Assembly: GCA_951406725.2 (NCBI GenBank)
Contig: OX597828.1
Span: 62,992,001 to 63,056,000 of the forward strand
Length of the DNA stretch: 64,000 nucleotides
Direction: 5' to 3'
DNA from: Octopus vulgaris
Taxonomy: Eukaryota
Position 1 is the stretch's first letter; each line of letters starts with the position of its first letter. The notes beneath the pieces are model-generated. The model saw only the letters and a program-made list of their open reading frames with translations, was not told where the DNA came from and ran no database searches. Made by a program: the position numbers and the translations under genes. This document shows positions 1-13,797 of the stretch, one piece after another.

Positions 1-484
1 ATATAAATATATACATATATATATACATATATATATAGACATACATATATATACATATATAAATATATACATATATATATATATACATATATATAAATAC
101 ATATATAATATACATATATATAATATATATATATACATATATATATACATATACATATATATAGACATATATATATATACATATATATATACATATACAT
201 ATATAATACATATATATATACATATATATATATATACATATACATATATATATATATACATATATACACAATATATATATATACATATATAAATATACAT
301 ATATATATATATACATGTATAAATATACATATATATATATACATGTATAAATATACATATATATATATATATATACATATATAAATATACATATATAAAT
401 ATACATATATAAATATACATATATATATATATACATATATAAATATACATATATAAATATACATATATATATATATATATATGT

Positions 485-530
<46 letters not shown>
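1..530. repeat. (TA)n/(TACA) compound microsatellite
   Basis: Direct reading. Confidence 0.95.
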
Positions 531-534
<4 letters not shown>

Positions 535-1099
535 ATAGATGAGTGTATTTTTACCTTGTTAGCAATTAACACGGAAAAATAAATAAATAGTTACCAGGGC
601 AGCAAAAATCTCACAAGATGTTGTAACTCCTTGTTTATAAAGGTTGAAACTTCATTTTTTATTCATATTATTCAAAATATTCAACGTAAACACGAAGTTA
701 ACGCAGGTTTAAACAAGTATTAAACCTGCGTTAACTCCATTTTTTATTCATGTATATACATATATATACACATATATATATACATACATATATATACATA
801 TATATATATACATATATACATATATATATATACATATATACATATATATATATACATATATACATACATATATATACATATATATATATACATATATAAT
901 AGAAATATTAAAATTACTAAGTCTCTATAAATGAGATTACGGCAGCGTTTACTGGAAATTAATTGTTATCGCCATATTAATATGACATTCTTATAGATAT
1001 AAGAATAATCGCTGCCGCTGGTCAGCTCCATGAGGCCACCGCCTTAAGATAGCCATTTATACACGATCTGTATCCGTTATAACGACCGAGAGGCCTTTT

Positions 1100-1975
1100 A
1101 TCACCAGCAGGGGTAAGAGCTCCCTGAACTTAGTCGAGGCTATTCTTATTCTAGCAGTTACACTTTCAGCTCACCCACCCCCACTACTGACTTGGTCACC
1201 TAGGTAACAGAAGCTATCAACTATTTCTAGTTTTTTCCCCTGGAAAGTGACAGAAGTTGTTTTCTGCAGATTTTCAGAGTTTATTGCTCCTGAGCATCTG
1301 CCACATACAAAAACTATCTTCCTAGTTAGCCTTCCTTTGACATTGCTGCACCTCTTATGTGTCCATAGCTTACACTGGGTACATCTTATAGAATTTCTAC
1401 CTACGCCTTTTCTACAGATCGAGCAGGGCCATCTACCTGAAGGCACTTGTGGTTTGTCTACCTTCCTACTTATTAGTACTTTGGTTTTAGCAAGGTTGAC
1501 TCTAAGGCCCCTCGATTCTAATCTCTCCTTCCAGGTACAGGGGCTTATCTTTGGCTAGGTATTTCTCCTGCAGCTGTCTCACCAGAAATATGGCATCAGT
1601 GGTGCTTTTCCCTGGCACGAAACCAAACTGCATCTCGTCCAAGTTGACTCTCTCCCTAATCAGTTGGGCTATGACCCTCTCCATAACCTTCATTACCTGA
1701 TCCAACAGCTTGATACCTCTGTAATTATTTCCTTTACCTTTGTAGCAGTTGACTATTATGCTGCTACACCAGTCATTGGGTATGACTCCTTCGTGTATCA
1801 CCTGGTTAACTATATGGGTGACTAGGTTATAGCCGACACTGCCAGATATTTTGAGCATCTCTGCAGTAATTCCCTGTCTTCATGCTTCTAATTGCCTTAA
1901 CTACCAAAGAACTGTCAACTCGGATAGCTGGTCCCTCTGTTGGGTTGACATTCGGCAGACTCTCTTTTGCATATA
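1100..1975 (-). mobile_element. RTE-clade LINE ORF2 fragment (reverse transcriptase plus Cys-rich finger), internally deleted
   Basis: ORF 1502..1858 has RT motifs IPNDW, NYRGIKLL, QFGFVPGKSTTDAIF. ORF 1171..1446 has WPCSICRKGVGRNSIRCTQCKLWTHKRCS and FCYLGD. Confidence 0.92.
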
Positions 1976-2369
1976 TATAGGTATACATATATATATATGC
2001 ACATATATAGACATACATATATATATGCATATATATAGACAAACATATATATATGCATATATATAGACAAACATATATATATACATATATATAGACATAC
2101 ATATATATATGCATATACATATATATGTATATAGACATACATATATATATGTATATATATAGACATACATATATATATGTATATATATAGACATACATAT
2201 ATATATATGTATATATATAGACATACATATATATATATATGTATATATATAGACATACATATATATATATATGTATATATATAGACATACATATATATAT
2301 ATATGTATATATATAGACATACATATATATATATATGTATATATATAGACATACATATATATATATATA
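1970..2369. repeat. Minisatellite AGACATAC(AT)nGT(AT)n
   Basis: Repeated ~28-34-nt units; the source of the YI-rich pseudo-ORFs. Confidence 0.95.
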
Positions 2370-5070
2370 GCATGGAGAGATGCTTAAAGTAAGACTTTGG
2401 CATTGTTCTGTAACAAGAAGATGAGAAGTGTAAGATATTCTTGGTTGCCAAATAGAGGGTTAGGGCAAATGAAAATGTTGTTGGGAAAAAATGTGAATTG
2501 AATGGTAGTGTGATACATAAAGCATACTAGGCAGAAGGAAGAGATGCTTCAGAGACAGTCATCTATGGTGGCAGCCACCTGATGGAGTGAGTAATGAAAG
2601 TAACAGAATAAACTTAGATGAGCTGTCAGCTGAGAAATATAACAAAAAAAAAAAAGTAAAAATGCCACATGGTTTACTCAATGTAAATGATAGATGCATT
2701 GGAATGAATGAGAACAAAAAGCTGAATATTACTCCCTGTTTTAAAAACATGTGGTGCAATAGAATTTTCTCCTCTCTTTTTTATTTTAGAATATGAAGGT
2801 GATCTAAGTAGCAGTAGAGGTGCATATTGTGAAAGTATAATGGTGGGAGTAAGGACAGGGTAGAGAAAGTCTAGAGAGGTGTTACTCCGACTGGCAACAA
2901 ATTCTTCTTCTAAGTGAAACAAAGAACAGTACAATGCTTGCTCACAAAGTGCAACATTGCGAAGTAGCAAAACATGAGTATTAAAGTCTTCTGTCCAAAA
3001 ACACAATGAAAAACCTTCAGAGTGTTCGAACTCACAACCTACAGGTAGCCAGTTCAACACTTTACCCACTCAGGGAAGTCACATCTATTTGCAACAGGCA
3101 GGAAGATAAGCTTGCGACAGAGTTGTCTCCCATGGACTAAACCACGGAAAACGAGTCCAATAGTAAATAATCTTGGTTGTATGACACACAGACACTCTTA
3201 AAAGATTCCCTTTTATCTTCAGAATATGGAAAAATCAACCATTCCAACCATTTTCAAATCTGGGTCAAATTTTACTAAAATTGTTTCATGTTTGCTGTCA
3301 ATTGAAAATCAATTTTTGATAAAAAAACCAAAGACTTTAGTCAGTTTAAAATGTTATTTGTCCACTTACAATCAATTTGAAGCAAAAGTTTAATTCATAT
3401 GTCCTTGTTTATACTTGCATCAGACATGTTCAGAAGAGTTCCACATTTAAAGACCAAAAATAACATTACCACTACCACAGGGTCAGACGATGAATGTGGA
3501 AACTCTCAACGCCCACCAAAGGTGCTGGGAGTTGACCAACAGAGAAAAGTGTGGGGGTTTGAGAGTAAGAAGACAGGTTTTTAAAAATAAAGAGCTTCCA
3601 ATAACATTGTTAGAAACATCTTCACACAATAGAAATACCTCTGCCAACAGATTCTGAGGAAGGTGGCACAGAGGAAGCAAGCATCTTTTAACCAGAGGTT
3701 TTTAAGAAGTCAACATACAACTTTCCATTTTTCTGAAGGAAGTTTCTCTGGTTAAGAACCCCAGTCTTTCACAAGTAATATACTGTTCGGCCCGCCCCGC
3801 TATATCTGGCTGATTTAGATCCAAAGTGATGTGGAAACCCTGAAATGAGTGATATTAGGTATTATAACAACCAACAGCAAAATAGAAATGAGTGTCAGGC
3901 GCATGAATCCCAAATCTACCACTCACAGGCTAATAACCTGACTCCCTGCACAGTAGAAGGTCCATCAACCCTGTCAAATTAGAAATTTTTTTTTGCTACT
4001 ATTTAGTAATGATATAATTAAATATAATGAGTTTATAGTATACAGTGCTCAAGGAACGGACAGAAGCCAACATCTGAGTCAAAGAAGACATCAATGAAAG
4101 CTAGAAGGAGACATGCACAGTAGACAGAATAAAACACAGAAAAGCTAACATTGAAAGAGTTGTAAGGAATAAGGGTGCAGAAGCACTTCAAGGGTTGTAT
4201 TGGTGAATTTCAAGAAGCTTGGAATTTTTGAAGGATGCAGCGTTCGAATAGATGGGTGGGTGGGTGGGTAGTTTATCACATTCTTCAATAATACTGAATG
4301 TAAAAAAAAAAGCGTATTCAAAAGTCTTATAAGCATGTCTGAGTGTGATAGAGATATCGAATTCAAAATGTAGGCAAAAGTTGTTGGGAAAATGGTAGAT
4401 AATTTTGTGGTGTTCTACCAATTCTGTCACTAGACATTGAAACATTACTGTGTCGAGGCCCAGAGAAGCATTCAAGACATGGGAAGTGACTGACCAAAGG
4501 GTATTACTCTCTGCACAAGAATATTTTACTGTCACTTAGCACTAGCAGAAGAGGTGATTCCCGCATTGTGTAAAAGAGCAAAATGTCTCATCTCAGGTCT
4601 CAAATTATGAATCCACCATTGAGATTTTGAAGTAAAAGATATTATGTGAAAGTAAAAACTGGATGCCTGTCATCTTTGAAGATGGAATGGCAAGTGGTCC
4701 GTAGTGAAATTGGTCACAACAAACTTATAGATGGGGGGTGGAGTCAGAAAGTGAACTTTGTCCCCCACCCCCACTGCTCTTTCTGTGCTAATATTAAAAT
4801 CTCATCCTTGAAATAGAAGCTAAATCTCCCTTAAGTCACACCATTGCCATCATAACAAAAAAAAAAAAAAAAAGAAAAACAAAAGCCCCAGATGTACTAT
4901 GCCATAAAATAAAATGGGACACCATGGCTGGGACATCTTTGAACATTGTTTAGTCGGGGAGCTGACCTGGGGGGGAGGGGGTTCAACGTCCCCAAAACCC
5001 TACAGAATCAACCTTGTCTTGAGAATGAAAGATGATGAAACGGGAATGAAGCTACAAGTAAACAACTTAC

Positions 5071-5160
5071 CAATATTGTGAACTTCTCTGTCTGTAATTC
5101 TTCTTGCAGGAATTTGTCGTTAATGTCGAGATAGAGCAAGTCTTCACCTTCTCTAGTTAA
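5071..5160 (-). CDS. PTPN9: Next internal coding exon (90 nt, phase 0-0) of PTPN9-like gene
   Basis: Minus strand tttcctgtag|TTAACT...ATATTG|gtaagt. Translates to LTREGEDLLYLDINDKFLQEELQTEKFTIL, resembling the human exon-3 peptide ending ...EILSGKFTIL. In frame with the 144-nt exon and absent from the ORF track. Later exons appear to lie left of the window. Confidence 0.92.
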
Positions 5161-5379
5161 CTACAGGAAACGGGTTCAAATGAGAGAGAGAGAGAGAGAG
5201 AGAAATGAAACATTGAACACTACAGCAAATACCTGCATGCATTCCATAGACACAGCATTGTGTGTGTGAGTGTATGTGCATGTCATCATCATCATCATCA
5301 AAGTATCCACTTCTCCATGCTTGCAAGGATCAGACACCAATTACTGAAGCAGATTTTGTGTGTGTGTGTGTGTATGAGA

Positions 5380-5680
5380 GGGACTCCATCTGTTATGATG
5401 ATGAGTGTCCCAACTGATCCGGTAAACAGAACCGCATGCACATGAAATTACCATGCAAGTGGCTGAGTACTCCACAGACATGCATAACCTTAATGTAGTT
5501 CTCAGGGAGATTCAGCATAAGACAGAATGCAACAAAGCTGGCCCCTTTGAAATGCAAGTGCAACCCATTTTTGCCAGCTGAGTGGACTGGTGTAATGTGA
5601 AATAAAGTGTCTTGCTCAAGGACACAATGTGTCACCAGGAACTGAACTCATGACCTTGCGCTCATCTAACCACTAAACCA
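5380..5680 (-). mobile_element. SINE family D copy
   Basis: Reverse complement of 15362-15665 (cttgctcaaggacaca, gctggccccttt, ttctcagggagattcagca). Confidence 0.75.
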
Positions 5681-6054
5681 CACACACACACACACAAATG
5701 TAGATATAGATATATCATTATAATTAAGGGTATGGAGAAACAGTGCCTACATGCTAGAAATAATTGTCAAATGACTCTAAAAACTACTTCAAATTACAAT
5801 CCATTAGCACAATATGGACCAAATGAACAAAAGAGATTTAGTAAAAATATTTTTTCAAGGTTAATTCTAGGTTGTCCGATTTCTGGTTTAGTAATACAAT
5901 TACTAATGGAGGGTCATTTAGAGTCATTTGATGTCTATCTCCAGGGGCTGTTTCTTTGTACCCTTAATTATATCTATATCTATATATTAATTTTTACCTG
6001 TATGGTTTTTATCACATGCTGATAAGATTATTGTTTTTATCCTTAATTATGTAC

Positions 6055-6102
<48 letters not shown>

Positions 6103-6129
6103 AACATACACACAGAGGAGGAACTATGA

Positions 6130-6640
6130 ATTAAAGAACCAGATGAAGAAAGTTCAGAGAGCTTTTATCCATGTTGGCAAGAAAAGGCCCTGCTCTCAGG
6201 GTGAAAAGCAGATTGTATGATGCTTGTGCACAAACTGCAATGCTACATGGTGGTGAAACATGGGTTGTAAATGCAAAAGACATGTGATGGTAAGACACTG
6301 AAGCTAGCAGGCTCCAGTTGATGTGCCATGTCAGTGTGTGTGTACAGCAAAGTGAAAATGTGCTAAGAGGAAAATTGGGTATAAGAGGTATCAGATGTAG
6401 TTTGTGCGAGAGGGGGAAATATACTGGTATGGGCATGTGATGTGATGAGGAGAGCTGCATACAGAAGTGCTGACCTCTGAATGTGGATGGGACCAGTAGA
6501 AGAGAGAGGTCCTGGAAAATAAACTGGTGAAGAATGACGTCTGGATGTTGAGTCTCATGGAGGAGATGACAAAGGACTGAAATGATTGGCGATATGTGAT
6601 ACTTGAGAAAACCCATCCCCGCTAAATAAAAATTAGATCC
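6130..6640 (+). mobile_element. Degenerate 3' fragment of an RTE LINE
   Basis: Plus strand reads KKFRELLSMLARKGPALRVKSRLYDACAQTAMLHGGETW..., a typical RTE ORF2 C-terminus, with stops and frameshifts. Confidence 0.8.
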
Positions 6641-9344
6641 TAAAGGCACGTCACCTAAGTCTATGCCCCTGCACCTGAAGAACCCCCTACCTACAACCCA
6701 TCTCCCCAACACCCTCCCCTCCATCCCTCTCATAACTCACTCAGCTGCTGTAATTATGAGATGGGATTGCATATACTTCCTTCCCCTACCACTTACCCTC
6801 CCAGGAACCACTTCCTGTTCCTCACACATCCTCAGTATCATCCCTCACCTCCCCTTCTATTATTACAACCCCTCATTTTCCCTCAGCAGCAGCCCCCACC
6901 CCCATTACCTCTGTTCATCTCCCATCATTTCCACCTTCATGTACCTCCAACTTCACCCCTAGCACTGTGCATCTCTTTCACAAACACCTACCCCCACCCA
7001 TTTCACACCAATGCTGCCCCCTCTTACCTCTTCCCTAATCCACTCCTACTTCAACAGATATTCATGATTGACCAAACCCTCACTCATGTCCGCCCCCTCA
7101 CTGCATCCCCCCTCCATCCACCTGCCATTCCCTTATATTCATGTTCCTGTAATTCGAGGGCATGCCCTGATACACCTTCAGCAGCATCCTCTTTCTCTTC
7201 CAACTGGGCGTGGCCATGTTTGTCCCCCAAAGTAAGACACCTACACCTGTCCCCCAATCATTCTTCACCTCTCTTCACCTGGAATAAGGTCACCTCTTGT
7301 AAAATGGACCAAGCACATTACACACGGCGTGACACTGATTCTACCTGAGAAATACATAAAGGGGAGGTTACCTACACTTCTGTGGAATACTCAGTCATTT
7401 CCATACTAATTCGGTTCTCACACAAGTATTCATTTGTAAAAACTTAGAGATCCATTCACTTTTAGATGTGCCAAATCCTATTATAATCCATAGGTGCAGG
7501 CATGGCTGTGTAGTAAGCAGTTTGCTTCCCAACCACATGGTTCTGGGTTCAGTCCCATGATGTTTTCTACTATAGCCCCCAAGTTGACCAAGGCCGTGTG
7601 TGTGTGCACGTGTGTTACTGTTTCCTTACTTTAAATTCACATGATAGTTGTAAGTGGGTGTCGCTGTCATTTAAGCAGTATTCTTCGTTTCCAATGTTTA
7701 GTGAAAACATCAGGTCACAGGGGAATGCTACCTCACCGGGAAATAAGTGAGGGTTGGTGACAGGAAGAGCATCCAGCTGTAGAAAAAAAATCTACTTCAA
7801 CATAATTCTATCTACTCCAAGCAGACACAATTATGATGATGATAACATGTAGCTATGCTTGGGTGACATCACCTGACCAAATTCTTTGTGCACCAAAGAC
7901 CTTTTTCTTGCAATATGGCAGCAGTTTGACACAAGGCACTGTTTAAAATTGTGCTTTGTCATTACTTTCAGTTCTTTGATAAGTACAAGGATCAGTCCAG
8001 GAAGGTTTGACTGTAAATAAAACATCAGCAGTGTGTGTGTGTGTGAGTATACACACCTTCACCACACAATGTTTCTAATACAATAAGCATGTTGAAGATT
8101 TTTGTCAGCTTTGTTTGGTGTTTTTCTTTTATAAAAAGCAACACACACACAAATTTTATTAACCACAAAGCCACAGTGACTCAAACACTTTAAATTCATG
8201 CGAATGTGCTCATGAAATGATCTGAGAAGTGCATTGGCATAAAACACTCAACCGAGTGGGGTTCACAACTAATAAGTGTATGTGTGTACTGACTTCTATT
8301 TTGTATGTAAAAACCAAACATACAATCACAAACCATAAGAAAACCATATTTATATGAAAACCCATTCACATTATATGCTGTAACACCGCAACAATAAGGA
8401 AACCAGTGTGTAAGGTGGTGATTGCATATGTGAGTCTGTGTGTGTGCATTGATATATCAGTTCTCAGTCAAACTGTCCAACCTACGCCAGCATGGAAAGC
8501 AAATGTTAAATGACAACGATGATGATATCTATATATATATATATATATATATATACATACACACAGGAAATATCCATTTTTAAGAGGCATCATCCTTGAT
8601 AGACACCAATGTCGTAGACATATGACTAATATTACAGCCATGAAGATTCTTTCTGTTCCCAGGATTAACACAGAATTAGATTATACACACACACACACCT
8701 CAACATCACCACCTGGGGATAATCCTGGGATAAAATAAACAGGTGACTAATATTGGCAAAATTCCTTTACAACAGAGTTTGGAAATTGAGTGTGTGTGAA
8801 CCCTGGTTTCAATACCATATAATAGTTGTAAATGACTTGTCCTTATCATACAAGCAATGTTCTTTGTTTACTGTCTTCTATAAAAATCTTGTCTGGCCCA
8901 AGGAGATATTTTGGTAGTAGAAGAAATGAAGAACGGAAAATGTTTTTACACCTAACAACAATTATCAGAATTTTCTGGTGGGGATAATTAATTAACAGGC
9001 TGGCCAAGTGTCAGGTGACATGTTCAAATGCATTCAATTCATGTTGGAACATGGCTGGTGATAGGACGACTGGCCAACAATGAAAACCATGCAAAGGATG
9101 CTACTAAAATCATACCAGCAGGGAAAAAACTGATGTAAGAATCATGATGATGATGATGATGGTAGTGATGTTGAGAATGATGGTGATGACGATGATGATG
9201 GAGATAGCAATGGCAATTGATTTATTTACCTGCAAGGAATAAGAACTCCAGATACCCCAGCTAATAATCATAAAGGACCTAGGTAGAAGATGGGAACTTG
9301 GGGTTTAGCCAATTAAATCAACCCCAACACTTCACTATTTTCTT

Positions 9345-9555
9345 TTCTACTCTAGGCACAAGGCCCGAAATTTTGGGGGAGAGGGCCAATCGATTAGATC
9401 GATCCCAGTATGCAATTGGTACTTAATTTATCAACCCCGAAAATATGAAAGGCAAAAATCGGCCTCAGCAGAATTTGAATTCAGAACATAAAGACAGACG
9501 AAATACCACTAAGCATTTTGCCCGGCATGCTAACATTTCTGCCAGCTCGCTGCCT
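9345..9555 (-). mobile_element. SINE family A copy with different tail
   Basis: Same head and core as 50346-50572, with a different 3' tail (ggccctctcccccaaaatttcgggcc). Confidence 0.8.
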
Positions 9556-9992
9556 TACACTTCACCATTTTCTTGTATCAACCCTGCAAGGATGACTTCT
9601 TACTCAGAACGTAAAGAGCAGCAGTAATACTGCAAGATACGTTTACCAACATTCTAATGATTAGACAAGTCTACTCGGTTGAGCTTCCACAGAATTTTGA
9701 CTTATTTGTTGTATACTGTCACTCTTAATTATCTCCCATAGTTTTTTTATCATCAAAAACCATTTCTGCTGATGTTCTGAATGCATTCCTGACAAGAGGC
9801 ATCAACTTGGTCGGCATTAAAGATTCTGACCAACGTTAAAGCCAGGATTATTTTAGTTGCTGAACAGATTATATACACCATTACCATTCTCTCTCTCTGA
9901 TTTATTTTCTTGCTTTCGCCCACACAATGAAATTTGATAGATTACACTGTACAGAGGAGACCACTTGCATTTGTAATCAGCCTCACCACTCA

Positions 9993-10040
<48 letters not shown>

Positions 10041-11297
10041 CATGCATGCATACGTACATGTATGTATGTATGTATGTATAAATATGCATTAACTCTGAAA
10101 TTGCTGTGCTGCTTTTCTATGTAAACCTGTTTGAAACTACAGATTTTGATGAAAATGCACTGAACCCAGTGTAGAAACCATTCCAACATCCACTTTTCTA
10201 TGTCTGTATAGGAGTCAGACGAAAATTATTGAGGGAGAATTTGTTTTCCATGGCTGAATGACCCTGCTGTTGCCAACCCTCACCTGTCTCCAAGCAAGAT
10301 GATCCCTCCCACCCTCATGGGCCTAACAGGTTTTCAAAGAAAACTGGGAACCATTGACACTACTTGTAATGGTGGTATTTTACAATCAAACAATTTCAAG
10401 ACAAGGAGACAAGCAAACAAGCACACACACACACACACAATGATGAAGATTTCTTCATCTTGTCAGATAACATCCGTCTCACACTGGATTGACAAAAGCC
10501 TGCACAGCATTTTTGGTCACTTTCTCAGTCACCGTAGCAGGTTCCAGTGGCAAGCATTGCCAAAATGACTGCTACTATTTTGAATGCAAGTTTTATGTCA
10601 AAGTATTTTTCTCCTAGAAGAGCAGACTTTCCCATGGCTTTGTCAAAAAACACAGGAACCTCTTCTACCCCTGGGAAATTCATTTAGCTCATAGATGGGA
10701 CGCTGACAAGTACTACCATTCTGGGCCAGATTGAAGCTGGGAGTAGCTCTCATTCTTTAATTAAATTATCTTCTCCAACTCTAACCTTTAATTAAATCAT
10801 TAATTATATCAAAAATTCTAACTCTGCTTCAGGTATTACCATGGTACTATACTTGAAAATCAAAACAAGAAAAAAATCTGAAGAAATTCATTGAATAAAC
10901 AACTAGAAATGCACTTTGGGTAAGCAGGAAGTCTATTGACAGACAATTCTAAAATTAGGTTAAACTTTCTTGCAAAGAGTACTCAGATCTGGTTTTTCAC
11001 ACATACACAGGCCCCACCCAAGTAACAACACCTGAAATTACTTCTCGTCGTTTAGCCACAACTTGACCAATGCCTTATGAGTGAAATATAATGGATGGAA
11101 TCTGCATATATGCTACAATCACACACACAAATGTACAGTTCTCCAAACTTTTATCAAAATACAATATTCCCCCCACCCACCCCATGATATCACAGGATCA
11201 CTGGACACCAATTAAGTTTCAACACTGATCTTTTAGCTCACACAAACTTTAGATTTTAATTAAAAACTAAAAAAAATTAAAACTTCAATTTTCCATG

Positions 11298-11337
<40 letters not shown>

Positions 11338-11380
11338 GTATATATATGTATATATGTATATATATATATGTATGTATGTA

Positions 11381-11414
<34 letters not shown>

Positions 11415-11417
<3 letters not shown>

Positions 11418-11760
11418 TCATCATCATCATCATTTAACGTCCGCTTTCCATGCTAGCATGGGTTGGACGGTTCAACCTGGGTCTGGGAAGCCCGAACGCT
11501 GCACCAGGCCAGTCAGATCTGGCAGTGTTTCTACAGCTGGATGCCCTTCCTAACGCCAACCACTCCGAGAGTGTAGTGGGTGATTTTATGTGCCACCGAC
11601 ACAGGTGCCAGATGAGGCTTGCAAACGGCCACGCTCGGATGGTGTTTTTTATGTGCCACTGGCACGGAGGCCAGTCAATGCGGTACTGGCTACGGCCACG
11701 TTCGGATGGTTTTCGTATGTGCCACCGGCACTGGTACCACAAAACTACAAATTCCATTAA
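11415..11760 (-). mobile_element. Non-autonomous retroelement family C with RTE-like tail and (TGA)n end
   Basis: Minus strand GGTTGGCGTTAGGAAGGGCATCCAGCTGTAGAAA...CAACCCATGCTAGCATGGAAAGCGGACGTTAAATGATGATG, with internal GTGGCACATAAAA subrepeats. Copies at ~13390-13797(+), 14555-14930(-), 25105-25377(+), 30315-30608(+), 38398-38710(-), 59345-59535(+), 61275-61540(+). Confidence 0.8.
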
Positions 11761-11802
11761 TGTTCATCAAGTTTGCTTTTGATTTTGTCCATTTTCACTT
11801 GC

Positions 11803-11849
<47 letters not shown>

Positions 11850-11948
11850 AATGTATATATATATATATATGTATGTATGTATGTATATATATGTATGTAT
11901 GTATATATAGAAAACAAAATTATTTTATATCACACGGGTAGAAATAAT

Positions 11949-13311
11949 ATAGAAAAATTAGAATTAGAAAATGCACTGAGAATAGTTAAAATATTTGTTA
12001 TTAAAATATTTGAAGCTTTAAAAACCGGTTTCACAGTTTACACTCAACTTTCAAAATGTTCAAATAGAAAGACATGGCTTATGTCACAACTGCCTTTCTT
12101 CTGACTTGTATTTGAAGCTTGCCCTATTTTCATAGGGAGTTCATGGCTCAAATTAGTATATGCTTTGAATAGGATTTGCTCAGTAGGGAATAGTCACATG
12201 ACTAGTCTTAGAAATGTTTGTAGGTTCCTCGCTATGTCCATGTCTTATTATCAAGTGACAATGTTTCACGTGGTGAGTTAAGACCCACACGCTTGACTGA
12301 ACGTGTTTGTAGAGAATGACAACATGATTAAGTGTATAACCTTTTGTATGTTTCCCCACTACATCCGTGTATTAGTGTCACATGACAGTATATTTTGCGC
12401 CTAAAAAGAAGGCCAAAACAGTTGAGTGAACAGGTTTAGTTACAATCAAAGCACTCCAAATTTAATCTGTCTGGTGGGAGAGTGGACAGGTGTCGTTTGT
12501 ATGTAGTCCAATGGCTAAAGTTTAGGTTGTTAGTTGTGTAGCTTCCTCGTGATAAGTGGCAGAATGAATTTTATGTATGAATAGTTTTTTGTGTATGTTC
12601 TCTGTTAAAGTTTGTTAAGTCTTGGTTTGTACGTTTGTATGAAAGTATTTTCTTTGTTCATCCGTGCTTCAGCTGTGGAATTCACTGAACATAGGTAGAG
12701 TGGGAAGACCTGCAATATGGGAAACTTAATTTTTGCACATATGTCTATGTGTCCACTCAGTGGAATCTGTCTAGTACTGGCGTCTTGTATTTGTTGTCAG
12801 TGAATGGTCAGGCTACTTCTTAGAGTAAGCTTTGTTTGACCTATGTAATCTTCATTACATCCTTGACATTTGATAGCGGGTATTAAATTCAATGAATGTG
12901 TTCGTTCTCTACAAACACTTGACAGAAAACATTCAGAGCAATTGACTGTTTGGACACGTTCAGTCAACTGTGTCAGCCTTAACTTATGATGTCAAACATT
13001 GTCACTTGAAACTAACACACACATATAGCGGGGAACCTACAAAAATTTCTAAGACTAGTCATGAGACTATCTTCTATAAATCAAATCCTATTCGAAACAT
13101 ATATTAATTTGAGCCATGAACTCCCTATGAAAATAGGGCAAGCTTCAAACACAAGTCAGAAGAAAGGCAGTTGTGACATAAGCCATGTCTTTCTATTTGA
13201 ACATTTTGAAAGTTGAGTGTAAACTGTGAAATCGGTTTTTAAAGCTTCAAATATTTTAATAACAAATATTTTAACTATTCTCAGTGCATTTTCTAATTCT
13301 ATTTTTTCTAT
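11949..13311 (-). mobile_element. 5'-truncated Penelope-like retroelement: GIY-YIG endonuclease remnant flanked by inverted pseudo-LTRs
   Basis: Minus strand ~12895-12604 reads NLIPAIKCQGCNEDYIGQTKLTLRSSLTIH*QQI...SGHIDIC...ARMNKE/FIQTYKPRLN. Segment 11949-~12325 is the reverse complement of ~12897-13311; the same peptide appears in ORFs 11619..12104(+) and 13156..13692(-). Confidence 0.88.
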
Positions 13312-13389
13312 AAATATAAAGTTAACACCTACTGTCAAGCAGCAGTGGGAGAATAAACACAATGATACACATATACACACATACATATA

Positions 13390-13797
13390 TCTATGAGGCA
13401 ACTGGCATTTAAAAAGCACCTGTTGAGTGTTGGGCCTCACGGAAGCAATGTGGTTGATGCCGGTGTTGCCTAGCTGACTCTTGTGCCAGTGACACATAAA
13501 AAGCAATGACAAATGACTGAGGCCTTTGGCAATATGCTGTGCTTGAGTAGAAGACCCATCAAACCAAGTGAGATTGTAGTCATGGCAGATACTGGTGTCA
13601 CGCAACTGGTACCCGTGCCAGTGACACATGAAAGCACTTATACTTTCAGAGTGGTTGGCATTAGGAAGGTCATCCAGCTGTAGAAAAACCATGCCAAATC
13701 AGACTGGAGTCTGGTGCAGCCTTTCCACCTTGCCAGCTTTGGTCACACCATCCAAACCATGCCAGCATGGACAACGGACATTAATGATGATGATGAA
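13390..13797 (+). mobile_element. Family C copy
   Basis: Same tail motif ending ttaatgatgatgatg. Confidence 0.8.

Noticed and set aside
4040-4560. Possible pogo/Tigger transposase remnant
   Set aside because: Too degenerate; no diagnostic motif or TIR pair confirmed.
6131-7348. 200-aa and 195-aa ORFs
   Set aside because: Antisense of a LINE remnant and C-rich low-complexity sequence following it; no recognisable domain.
11619-13692. Duplicated protein-coding genes sharing IEKLELENALRIVKIF...
   Set aside because: The shared peptide comes from the inverted pLTR arms of a transposon.
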